Assembly: GCA_036353315.1 (NCBI GenBank) | Contig: JAZBOC010000107.1 | Coordinates: 6,236 to 70,235 of the forward strand | Reading direction: 5' to 3' | DNA: 64,000 bases | Origin: Wenzhouxiangella sp. | GTDB lineage: Bacteria; Pseudomonadota; Gammaproteobacteria; Xanthomonadales; Wenzhouxiangellaceae | Shown: positions 38,216 through 46,576 of the stretch, piece by piece | Layout: each line of letters starts with the position of its first letter | Numbering within the stretch: the first letter of the stretch is position 1 | Notes under the pieces: model-generated | Told to the model about the DNA's origin: nothing | Database searches by the model: none | What the model saw: the letters and a program-made list of their open reading frames with translations, nothing else | Translations under genes and position numbers: made by a program

Positions 38216-38833
38216 ATGGCCCGTAATACTCGCCAGCGCATTCTCGATACGGCCCTGATCCTCTTCAACAACGAGGGCGAGCCCAACGTCACGACCAATC
38301 GAATCGCCGACGAACTCGACATCAGCCCGGGCAATCTGCACTACCACTTCCGTGCGAAGTCAGACCTCATAGAAGCACTGTTTGCGGACTTCGAGCACCG
38401 CATGCTCGACATCCTGGCCGCTCCCGAGGAACGCGACGCCAACATCGAGGACATCTGGTTCCTGCTCCATGTGGCCTTCGAAATCATTGGCGAGTATCGC
38501 TTCATCTATCGCGACCTGACCGACCTTTGCCACCGCCATCGCGGTCTGCATCAGCGATTCCGCGGCATTTTGAGGCTGACCATGCAGTCAGCGCGAGCGC
38601 TGTGCGACGACCTGATCGCCGATGGCCAGATGAAGGCCTCAGCCCGCGAGTTGGAGGCCGTGATTCGCAATATCACGTTGGTGAGCACCTTTTGGCTGGC
38701 TTTCGACCAGGTTCAGGACGCTGACGGGGTGCGACCCGACCGGGCCGCTTGGCAGGTCATGAGTCTGATCAGCCCCTACCTGATCGGCCACTCACGTGAA
38801 CACCTGCAGGCGCTGGCCGACGCCTATGCCTAA
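38216..38833 (+). CDS. TetR/AcrR-family transcriptional regulator
   Basis: ATG at 38216 (GAGGAG at 38200). HTH RQRILDTALILFNNEGEPNVTTNRIADELDISPGNLHYHF. Confidence 0.85.
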   Translation: MARNTRQRILDTALILFNNEGEPNVTTNRIADELDISPGNLHYHFRAKSDLIEALFADFEHRMLDILAAPEERDANIEDIWFLLHVAFEIIGEYRFIYRDLTDLCHRHRGLHQRFRGILRLTMQSARALCDDLIADGQMKASARELEAVIRNITLVSTFWLAFDQVQDADGVRPDRAAWQVMSLISPYLIGHSREHLQALADAYA

Positions 38834-38860
38834 AAAAAACCCGGGCGAATCGCCCGGGTC
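38831..38860 (-). terminator. rho-independent terminator of the phasin gene (also abuts the TetR stop)
   Basis: ACCCGGGCG (38839..38847) pairs with CGCCCGGGT (38851..38859), loop AAT. On the minus strand it is followed by a run of 8 T (complement of 38832..38839). Confidence 0.6.
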
Positions 38861-38921
38861 AAAAGTAGCAGTCTGATACGGGCCGAGGGGAGCCCGGACT
38901 GCTTCGGGGTAGTCGTGTTAC

Positions 38922-39533
38922 TCAGTCAGACTTGGCCGGAGCTTGAGCCGCGGCGGGCTCGGCCGGCTTAGCGGGCTTGGCAGCAGCCTTCTTGGCCACT
39001 TTCTTAGAAGCCGCGGGCTTCGGTGCCTGCTGCTTGCGAGCCAGCTCGCTGACGCGCTTGTTGAGTTCGGCAACCCGGTCGCTGAGCTCGCGGATTTCGT
39101 CCGAAGTCGGGACGCCGAGCCGGCTCAGGGCACGCGCTACGCGCTGCTCAAATACCTTCTCAAGCTTGTCCCAGTTGGTCTGGGCGGTCTTGCGAACCTC
39201 GTCGATGCGGGTTTCCACGTCGCCGCGCACGCCGCCGACGGTATCAGACGCCATCTTGCGGCCCTTGCTTTCCATCTTCGCGCCTTCCTTGACCAGACGC
39301 TCGAACAGCTTGGCCGATTCACCGACCATCTTGCTGGTGGTGTCATCGATGCGCTTGGTGCTTTCCTTGAACAGCTTGCTGCCTTCATCCTGGGCCAGAG
39401 CGAAAGCGCCCAGTCCGGCCAGCCAGATTTCATGCGCATAGTCCTGTGCCTGATTGGCGACGTTCTTGCGCGCTGCGGTCTTTCGGGTCACCTTCTTTTT
39501 GGCGACCTTTTTCTTTGCGGTTTTCTTGGCCAT
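38922..39533 (-). CDS. phasin-family granule-associated protein with Lys/Ala/Pro-rich histone-H1-like tails (PhaF-like)
   Basis: 203 aa. Core HEIWLAGLGAFALAQDEGSKLFKE...FERLVKEGAKMESKGRK fits the phasin family. N-terminal tail MAKKTAKKKVAKKKVTRKTAARK and C-terminal tail APKPAASKKVAKKAAAKPAKPAEPAAAQAPAK. Confidence 0.75.
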   Translation of the reverse strand: MAKKTAKKKVAKKKVTRKTAARKNVANQAQDYAHEIWLAGLGAFALAQDEGSKLFKESTKRIDDTTSKMVGESAKLFERLVKEGAKMESKGRKMASDTVGGVRGDVETRIDEVRKTAQTNWDKLEKVFEQRVARALSRLGVPTSDEIRELSDRVAELNKRVSELARKQQAPKPAASKKVAKKAAAKPAKPAEPAAAQAPAKSD

Positions 39534-39629
39534 GATTCATGCCTCCTTGCGTCCAGTGAAACATCCTGCTGTCTTTTCAGCAGCTTTGATGGGTAAGATA
39601 CGCTTGGGTTCTAGAGCAGTCACACTAAT

Positions 39630-40463
39630 ATGCAGACCAGCCAGTGGGCACCCTTTCCCCACGACAGCAAGCGCTTCCAGTTCGACGGTCCGTCTCTGGA
39701 AAAAGCCTGGGACAACCTCCATCGCGGCGATCGTGAACCGTTTCCCGATGCGGATCGGGTCCTCGCTCTCGATCCCGGACAGCGCGATCCGGAAGCGACC
39801 GCCGGCGCCTGGCAACAGGCATGGCGGGATTATCATGCGGGCCGATTCGCTGCCGCCGTCGAGGGTGCGCTGGCGATCGGCGCGCTCGCCCATGCCGTGG
39901 CCAACAAGGCCTGCGGCATCTATGCCGACTATCTGGAAAACGATGAAGACACCCGAATTGAAATCTACAAGACCGGCATAGACCGTGCCGAAGCCGCTGT
40001 TCAGGCCTTTCCCGAAGATCCTAACGCCCACTACTTCCATGCATTCCTGCTCGGGCGCTACAGTCAGTGCATCTCCGTAGCCAAGGCCCTGGCCCAGGGT
40101 GTTGGTGGGCGAATTCGACAGTCGCTGGACCGCGCCCTGGCGCTCGCGCCCGACCACGCCGAGGCGCGCACCGCCTCAGGTCTTTACCACGCCGAAATCA
40201 TCGACAAGGTAGGAAAACTGGTCGGCGGCATGACCTACGGCGCCAAGGCCGACAAGGCGATGTCCGAGTGCCAGGCCGCTCTGAAGCTCACCCCGCAAGC
40301 GCCGATTGCGCATATCGAATACGGCAATGCCCTGTATCTGCTCTATGGTGACAAGCGCCTGGATGACTCCAACAAGGCCTATGAACAGGCCGCAGCGATC
40401 ACACCGATCGACGCCATGCAGCAACTCGACGTCGAATTCGCCAGAAGCTACTTGGACAGCTAG
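39630..40463 (+). CDS. hypothetical helical-repeat (TPR-like) protein
   Basis: 277-aa ORF with genome-like codon usage. Helical hairpins such as DRALALAPDHAEARTASGLYHAE and ECQAALKLTPQAPIAHIEYGNALYLL. No family recognised. Confidence 0.6.
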   Translation: MQTSQWAPFPHDSKRFQFDGPSLEKAWDNLHRGDREPFPDADRVLALDPGQRDPEATAGAWQQAWRDYHAGRFAAAVEGALAIGALAHAVANKACGIYADYLENDEDTRIEIYKTGIDRAEAAVQAFPEDPNAHYFHAFLLGRYSQCISVAKALAQGVGGRIRQSLDRALALAPDHAEARTASGLYHAEIIDKVGKLVGGMTYGAKADKAMSECQAALKLTPQAPIAHIEYGNALYLLYGDKRLDDSNKAYEQAAAITPIDAMQQLDVEFARSYLDS

Positions 40464-40509
40464 TGGCCCATGCGGTTAACTGGTGGGCGATGCGGCTAAT
40501 TAGGGAGCC

Positions 40510-42000
40510 TCAAAATCCAGGGACGTGGTCCAGGCTGCCCTGAATCCACTCGTGAACTTCATCGTAGGCATCCGGGTCGACCAGGCCATCCTGCGGTCCG
40601 ATCAGCAGAGTCAGGTGCAGAAGGTTATCGAATTCTTCGATGAAGTGGCGCATGACCGTATCCGGGTCCGGCACCAGCTTGTTATCCGTGATCAGCCCGC
40701 AAAACACCTGTCCCTGGTAGCTGATGATACTGATTCCCATGCCGATCGATCCGGTCTGCGGCACCCAGAACATCATCTCGCGAATCGGTGAGCCGGCCAT
40801 GTAAAGGGTTTGCTGCGGTCCCGGCACGTTGGTCAGCACGGTACTGGCTTTGCGGCTGAAAAGCTCCAGCGCCGGCTTCTGCAGCGCTGCAGGGCCCATG
40901 CCCAGAACAGCCAGCAGCCCCAACGACATGACCGCCTGCTTGGAGCGCTTGAGTTGCTCCATGAATTCAGCGACCTGATACAGCCTCGCCAACGGATTGG
41001 TCTCGCCGATTGGCAGATCGAGGAAGACCAGCCCAAAGTGATTACCGAGGTCGCGCGCGTGCTCAAGCGGACGCAGGTTGACCGGCACGGTGGCGCGCAT
41101 GGTCAAAGACTCGGGATCATCACCGGACTCAATCAGATAACGGTGCAAGGCCCCCGTCATGACCGAGATCAACACGTCATTGACCGTAGCCCCCAGCGCG
41201 TGACCGACCGCCTTGACCTCCTCCAAAGGAACAGGGGGCGCCCAGGACACGCGCTTGCGAACGCCCAGCGCGCCCTTGAAACGCGACGGCGGATCATCAT
41301 CCAGGAGCAAGGCGGTGGCCAGCTCTGAGACGATTTCGCCGGCGCCGAAGAGGTATTCGGCCGCCTTGTGCGGCTCGCGCAGCAATCCACTGGCCTCATC
41401 AACGACCTTCTGGCTGACGTTCTGGATCAGCCCGGCGCTCTCGCGCGCGGGCGCAGTCAGCCGATTGAAGATGTTCGATTCGGCCGCTCGCTTCTGCTTC
41501 CAGGCCTCCTGCTCGACCAGACGATTCGAGGCATCGGCCGAGGTTTCGGTCAGAGAGAGCATGACCTGGACCAGGGCGATGCCGTCGGCATAGCAGTGGT
41601 GGATCCGGCTGACGGCCACCGGACCGCCCTGATAGTTTTCCACGAAATGGAATTGCCACAGCGGTTTGGTCTTGTCCAGCGGGGTTGAGGCCAGCTCCGA
41701 AACCAGTTCCTCGAGCTCGGCCTTGCCGGCATCGCCCGGCAGCGCCGTGCGCCGGATGTGACTCGACAGTTCGAACTGATCGTCTTCTTCCCACCAGCAG
41801 CCTCTCGGATGGTCAACCGCTTTCTGCCGGAAGCGCGGGAAGGCTAAAAAACGGTTGGCAACGATGCGACGGAAATGCTCGAAGTCAACCGCCTCGGCGA
41901 GCTCGATCACCCCGGTAATCATCATCAGATTGGTTGGCTGCTCCATACGCAGCCAGGCCGTATCGACCTTGGCGATCGGTTCCCTGCGAGCGGTGCTCAA
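40510..42000 (-). CDS. wax ester synthase / acyl-CoA:diacylglycerol acyltransferase (WS/DGAT)
   Basis: Catalytic HHCYADGIAL (HHxxxDG). N-terminal PIAKVDTAWLRMEQPTNLMMI and C-terminal NVPGPQQTLYMAG motifs. TTG at 42000 preceded by AGGGAG is my preferred start; the track start is TTG at 42066. Confidence 0.9.
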   Translation of the reverse strand: MSTARREPIAKVDTAWLRMEQPTNLMMITGVIELAEAVDFEHFRRIVANRFLAFPRFRQKAVDHPRGCWWEEDDQFELSSHIRRTALPGDAGKAELEELVSELASTPLDKTKPLWQFHFVENYQGGPVAVSRIHHCYADGIALVQVMLSLTETSADASNRLVEQEAWKQKRAAESNIFNRLTAPARESAGLIQNVSQKVVDEASGLLREPHKAAEYLFGAGEIVSELATALLLDDDPPSRFKGALGVRKRVSWAPPVPLEEVKAVGHALGATVNDVLISVMTGALHRYLIESGDDPESLTMRATVPVNLRPLEHARDLGNHFGLVFLDLPIGETNPLARLYQVAEFMEQLKRSKQAVMSLGLLAVLGMGPAALQKPALELFSRKASTVLTNVPGPQQTLYMAGSPIREMMFWVPQTGSIGMGISIISYQGQVFCGLITDNKLVPDPDTVMRHFIEEFDNLLHLTLLIGPQDGLVDPDAYDEVHEWIQGSLDHVPGF

Positions 42001-42074
42001 GGCGTTCTCCCTGCTTGTTGTCGTTTGTTTTGCAATGATTCTTCCACGCCGTCGCGAAAGGGTCAATCGCGTCT

Positions 42075-42545
42075 TCAGTGCAATTGCCGGCCCTCGCCGG
42101 CCACATCCGGGGACTTGACCAGATCGTAGGGCAGCTTGACCTGGTCCAGTCCAAACTGCTTGAACACCGGCTGGAGCTGATGGTGCATCAAGGGGTAGAG
42201 CTGCCGGGTCAGACTCGCGTGTGAACCGGAAAACTCTTCGAAGCTAACCCCCTCACCCTGGAACTGGCGATAAACAGTCTGCAAGACCAGTTCGACTTCA
42301 AACAGGGCCTCGGCAGATTCGTCGGACTCGCGGCTGCCGCGACAGGTCATGCGGGCGGTGACCTGGTACTGATTCACACCCTGATCCGGTGGCATGGCGC
42401 GCGGGGTGAGTTTGAGTTCAACCTTGGCCCGAAAGGCCTGATCGGGGGCCACGATCTCCTTGAGGTCGGCGTTGAGCCGGGTGACCTGGGTGTGAGCCAG
42501 AGCAAAACGATCGAGCAAATTCAGCATGAGTTGGTGTCTTCGCAC
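42075..42545 (-). CDS. SecB-like chaperone-fold protein (tentative)
   Basis: 156 aa (GTG start; ATG alternative at 42527). By hand alignment ALFEVELVLQTVYRQF and LTRQLYPLMHHQLQPVFKQFGLDQVKLPYDL parallel E. coli SecB AFLCEVQQGGIFSI and [30 protein letters not shown]. Confidence 0.45.
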   Translation of the reverse strand: MRRHQLMLNLLDRFALAHTQVTRLNADLKEIVAPDQAFRAKVELKLTPRAMPPDQGVNQYQVTARMTCRGSRESDESAEALFEVELVLQTVYRQFQGEGVSFEEFSGSHASLTRQLYPLMHHQLQPVFKQFGLDQVKLPYDLVKSPDVAGEGRQLH

Positions 42546-42587
42546 GTGAGCTAGAAGTTATGGCACCCGACGACAGGCCTTTCAAGC

Positions 42588-42616
42588 GCAAGCGCCCGCT
42601 CTAGGCGGGCGCTTGC
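42588..42616 (-). terminator. perfect 12-bp hairpin downstream of the acylase gene
   Basis: GCAAGCGCCCGC (42588..42599) pairs with GCGGGCGCTTGC (42605..42616), loop TCTAG. Only a weak T-rich tail on the minus strand. Confidence 0.5.
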
Positions 42617-42653
42617 CATGGATTGATCGTGGGCAACGCTGGCCCACCGGTGA

Positions 42654-45503
42654 TTACTGACGCTTGAAAGTCGTGACCTGAACCGAAGCCTGCCCCGCCT
42701 GCTCTTCGCCGATGGCAAGCGGCAAGTAATCGTTGACCAGCCACAGTCGAAGCTGGTTGGTGTACAGCGGGCTCAGGAACAGGCCGCTTCGACCACCAGG
42801 AATGATTTCCTCGGCCTGAGGTCCATCCGGGGTCACCACTGCCACGTTGCGGCGGGCCGCGCCCGAACTGAAGGTGAAGGCGTTCTCCGATCTGGCCCGA
42901 GCGCTGTGACTGGATGCATCGACGGCTTCGAACCCGCCGGCACGCGCGATGCCGGGCAAGTTTTCCGCGACGTCGGAGAATCCACCGGCACCCGGCACGT
43001 TGAACGGTGCGGTATTCAGCGGGTGATCCAAGACGACGCGATGCAGTTTGCCCCAGCGGTAGTCGTTCTGATCTTCAGACATTCCAAACGCGTTGGCAAA
43101 CGGCTCGCCGGCCAGGCGATCCAGCGCACCCTGCAGCGAGGTCAGCAGCACTGCGTCTCGAGCATCAGCCGGACTCGGCGCTTCCGGTACGTTGAAGTAG
43201 CTCAGCCCGGACGCCGCCTGGCCCTGGGTCAGCGGAAAGGCGCGCAGCTGGTTGACCAGCGCCCGCCAGGCCAGCGTGCTTGACGGCAGCGCGTTGCCCA
43301 GTCCAACGGCCGTCAAGGTCGCATCAATGGTGTTGGCAATCACCTCTCCACGCCAAACGCTGTAGATCGTGGTCGCGATGCTGTTGGCCATCTCGGCGTT
43401 GCTCGGCATTCCGTTGCCGGTCGGATCGCCGCCGGGATCAAAACCACCGGGCAGGCCGGTCGGGCTTGAGAAATCCCAGGCGGCCAGTCGGCCCATGGCC
43501 TCCTGCACCCGAGGGTCGGCAGCGATCGCTGCAAGACCGGGCCATGCGCCCGCCGCAGCGGCATTGTCGAATGCCTGCAACAGGAAGGGCAGCAGTAATT
43601 CGGCGTCGAGCAGCTGGTTGTTGGCCTGCAGGGCCTTCATGTCATCGATGCTGACGTTACCCCGCGCAACCAAGTCCTGAAGCTCACGATCGATGCGGCC
43701 CATGCGCAAGTCAGCGTAGCTGGTGTTGAGGTAATACAAACCGTTACCGCCCGGACGAAGCTGGTTGAGCGGGTTGCCGTCCAGCGTTGTGCCCACAGGG
43801 TCATTGTTGGCGTTCGCCAGGTAACCCCAGGGTGGGTTGACGATGTTCGGCATTTCTTCCCGGGGAATCAGCGCATAGGGCGTGGCCTGGCCCGGCTGCG
43901 GATCAGGGTCGATCAGCCACTCGTGATTGAGCGCACCGCTGCCGTCGCGGATGAACCAGGGCGGCCGGCCGCCGTCTGGAGCCAAGTCGTTTTGCAGGTC
44001 GGCGCGGAGCGGCATTTCACCACCGATGTAGTAGGCGATATTGCCATCGACATCGGCGTAGAGGAAGTTCTGCGAACCAAAGGCAAAGTCACGCAGACCC
44101 ACCTCGAAATCCTCCTGGCTGCGCGCCCGCGCCCAGGACCGAAAGGCAGACAGCTCAAACGTCGGACCCCAGCCGGTGTACTGAACCGACAGGGCGCTGT
44201 CGCCCATCAACTCAAGGATCGGACCATTGTTGCGACGCGGCACGATGAAAGTGATGCCGCCGCCGTCGAAACCAACGTTGACCCGGTTGACGTCGTCAAG
44301 CGCCCCGTTACCCGGCGTATTGGCGAAGTAGGACTGGAACACATAGAGAATGCGTTCCGGCACCCCCTTGTGGATGGTGTGCGTGGGCAGGCCAAAATTA
44401 TTGACCAGGATCGGTTCCTGAAATACATCGGTGACGTCCAGTCGGTTGACGGTCGAGCCCCAGCACAGGAAGGGCGTGCAGCCCTGTGCATTGACCGGAG
44501 CACCCGGGAATACCACGCCGCTGACGGCCAGGTCCTCGTCGCGGATGACCAGGTTCTCGTTCATGAAGATCGGCGGCATCGTCAGACCCAAATGGGGATC
44601 GTTGGCGAACAGCGGATAGCCGGTATCGGTGTGCTCGCCGGACACGGCCCACCAGTTGCTGCCTAGATCGAGGTTCTCCCCCAGGAACGGCAGGTCCTGG
44701 ACGCGCTCCAGGTAACGCCGACCGAGCTCGACCAGGGTGGGATCGATCGGCTCCATGTCGAGAAGCTCAGGCGTCTGCTGAAGTCCTGCAGCGACTGCTT
44801 CTTTGGATGCTTCCTGCCCTGATTCAGGCAGGATGACCCCGATGCGGTCAAAGAAATCTGGAATGGAGACCCGACCGTCGACCGGGATGCTTGGGTTGAG
44901 ATCCTGCAGGAACAGGGCCGTGCCGTCGAAACCAGCGGCCTCGCCGACCGCCTGATAGGTCCCGATGCGTACGGTGTTGCCGATCGCCGACAGGCTTTGG
45001 TCGAAAGACAGCTGAAAAGCCAGCAGCTTGCCAATGGCCAGCGAATCCACCGAACTCCAGGGCTCGGCCGCGCTCAGCTCTAAAGCGCCATACTCCGGCG
45101 GCAGCGGATTGGTCGCCAGGTAGTGGTTGACGCCGTCGGCGTAGGCCTTCAGCCAGGCCGTCTCGACCGGGCCCAGACCGGCAAAACTGGCCCATGCGGC
45201 CCGACGCAGGCCCAGCGTGCGCAGCTGAATATCACTGGCCAGAGCCGGCGTCCCGACCAGTTCGGCCAGCGTGCCCGATGCTACCCGACGCAGGAAATCC
45301 ATCTGGAAAAAGCGATCCCGAGCGTGCAGATAGCCCTGGACAAAGGTTACATCGGTTTCGGTTTCACCGACGATGGTGGGAATGCCGTTGGCGTCGGTGA
45401 ATACGTTCACGTCTGACTGAAGCCGCGGCACTTCCACCGTCTGGGCCGAAGCCACGGACACCGTCAGAAGCGCTGCGGCAAGCATCGAAAATTGCCTCAT
45501 CAT
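42654..45503 (-). CDS. secreted penicillin-acylase-family Ntn hydrolase (possible acyl-homoserine-lactone/lipid-amide acylase)
   Basis: 949 aa. Signal peptide MLAAALLTVSVASA|Q, family N-terminus GYLHARDRFFQMDFLRR, predicted self-cleavage G281|S282 NWWAV (Ser codon 44658..44660), then ANDPHL. Confidence 0.9.
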   Translation of the reverse strand: MMRQFSMLAAALLTVSVASAQTVEVPRLQSDVNVFTDANGIPTIVGETETDVTFVQGYLHARDRFFQMDFLRRVASGTLAELVGTPALASDIQLRTLGLRRAAWASFAGLGPVETAWLKAYADGVNHYLATNPLPPEYGALELSAAEPWSSVDSLAIGKLLAFQLSFDQSLSAIGNTVRIGTYQAVGEAAGFDGTALFLQDLNPSIPVDGRVSIPDFFDRIGVILPESGQEASKEAVAAGLQQTPELLDMEPIDPTLVELGRRYLERVQDLPFLGENLDLGSNWWAVSGEHTDTGYPLFANDPHLGLTMPPIFMNENLVIRDEDLAVSGVVFPGAPVNAQGCTPFLCWGSTVNRLDVTDVFQEPILVNNFGLPTHTIHKGVPERILYVFQSYFANTPGNGALDDVNRVNVGFDGGGITFIVPRRNNGPILELMGDSALSVQYTGWGPTFELSAFRSWARARSQEDFEVGLRDFAFGSQNFLYADVDGNIAYYIGGEMPLRADLQNDLAPDGGRPPWFIRDGSGALNHEWLIDPDPQPGQATPYALIPREEMPNIVNPPWGYLANANNDPVGTTLDGNPLNQLRPGGNGLYYLNTSYADLRMGRIDRELQDLVARGNVSIDDMKALQANNQLLDAELLLPFLLQAFDNAAAAGAWPGLAAIAADPRVQEAMGRLAAWDFSSPTGLPGGFDPGGDPTGNGMPSNAEMANSIATTIYSVWRGEVIANTIDATLTAVGLGNALPSSTLAWRALVNQLRAFPLTQGQAASGLSYFNVPEAPSPADARDAVLLTSLQGALDRLAGEPFANAFGMSEDQNDYRWGKLHRVVLDHPLNTAPFNVPGAGGFSDVAENLPGIARAGGFEAVDASSHSARARSENAFTFSSGAARRNVAVVTPDGPQAEEIIPGGRSGLFLSPLYTNQLRLWLVNDYLPLAIGEEQAGQASVQVTTFKRQ

Positions 45504-45590
45504 TTAACTACCCCATGTTGATTTTTTAGTGGTCTTGCGATTATTGCACAAACGGAATCACGCCCCTAGCGGCCCCGAGCAATACAGTCT

Positions 45591-46439
45591 TCAAAGCGCA
45601 GTGCGCACGTCCATCAGCTCCGGAAAGAAGGTCAACTCCAGAGCTTGCTTCAGAAACCCGACCCCGCTCGAGCCGCCAGTACCGGATTTGAAACCAATGA
45701 TTCGCTCAACCGTTTTCAGATGCCGGAAACGCCACAGCTGGAAGGACTCCTCAACGTCCACCAGCCGCTCGCACAGGGCATATTCGGTCCAAAAACGCTC
45801 CGGGTGGCGGTAAATCTCCAGCAGGACCGGGACCAAATCCGGCTCACGCCGGTGAGCACGCGTCCAGTCGCGCTCGACGAGCTTTTCAGGCACTGCATGG
45901 CCGCCGCGGAACAGGAAGCGCAAAAACTCATCGTAAAGCGAGGGCCTTTCCAAGGCCTCGGTCAGCAGGGCCCGGGCCTGTACGTCGTGATCGAACAGCG
46001 CGATCACCGATCCGTTCTTGTTGCCCAACAGAAACTCCACCAGTCGGTACTGAAACGACTGAAAACCCGAGGCCTCGCCCAGCACCTGCCGGAACTGCAC
46101 GTATTCGCTCGGGGTAAGCGTCTCAAGCACCGCCCACTGTGAAAACAGCTGCTGCTGGACCTGCTTGACCCGGGCAAGGATCTTCAGGCAAGGATCGGGG
46201 TCATCGGCGGCGAGATGACGAATGGCCGCGCGCAGCTCATGAATGATGAGTTTGAACCACAGTTCGGAGGTCTGATGCTGGATGATGAACAGCAATTCGT
46301 CGTGATGGGGCGGGTCGCTGAGCGTCTCCTGAGCATTGAGAATACGATCCAGTCCAAGGTAGGAACGATAGTCGAGGCGTCCATGCAGGTCGGTGCGGAT
46401 AGACGCTTCCAGTCGTCGCTCGTTGTTGTCAGTGGTCAT
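45591..46439 (-). CDS. kynA: tryptophan 2,3-dioxygenase
   Basis: ATG at 46439 gives [69 protein letters not shown], nearly collinear with bacterial TDOs. GTGGSSG near the C-terminus. Confidence 0.9.
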   Translation of the reverse strand: MTTDNNERRLEASIRTDLHGRLDYRSYLGLDRILNAQETLSDPPHHDELLFIIQHQTSELWFKLIIHELRAAIRHLAADDPDPCLKILARVKQVQQQLFSQWAVLETLTPSEYVQFRQVLGEASGFQSFQYRLVEFLLGNKNGSVIALFDHDVQARALLTEALERPSLYDEFLRFLFRGGHAVPEKLVERDWTRAHRREPDLVPVLLEIYRHPERFWTEYALCERLVDVEESFQLWRFRHLKTVERIIGFKSGTGGSSGVGFLKQALELTFFPELMDVRTAL

Positions 46440-46478
46440 GATGACGGCCGTTCGCGGCGCGGGTGGCAGGCCTGCAGT

Positions 46479-46507
46479 GTAACGAGCCGACGACGCACAG
46501 GTATAAT
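46479..46507 (+). promoter_or_regulatory. candidate sigma70 promoter of the E1alpha-E1beta-E2 operon
   Basis: GTAACG (46479..46484), 17-nt spacer, perfect TATAAT (46502..46507), about 70 nt upstream of ATG 46577. Followed by the dyad GTCGAC-N9-GTCGAC. Confidence 0.35.
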
Positions 46508-46576
46508 TCTGCTGTTGCGGTCGACCTGCGGGGTGTCGACCCTGTTCCAATAAACACCTAAACAACGAGGTATCTC

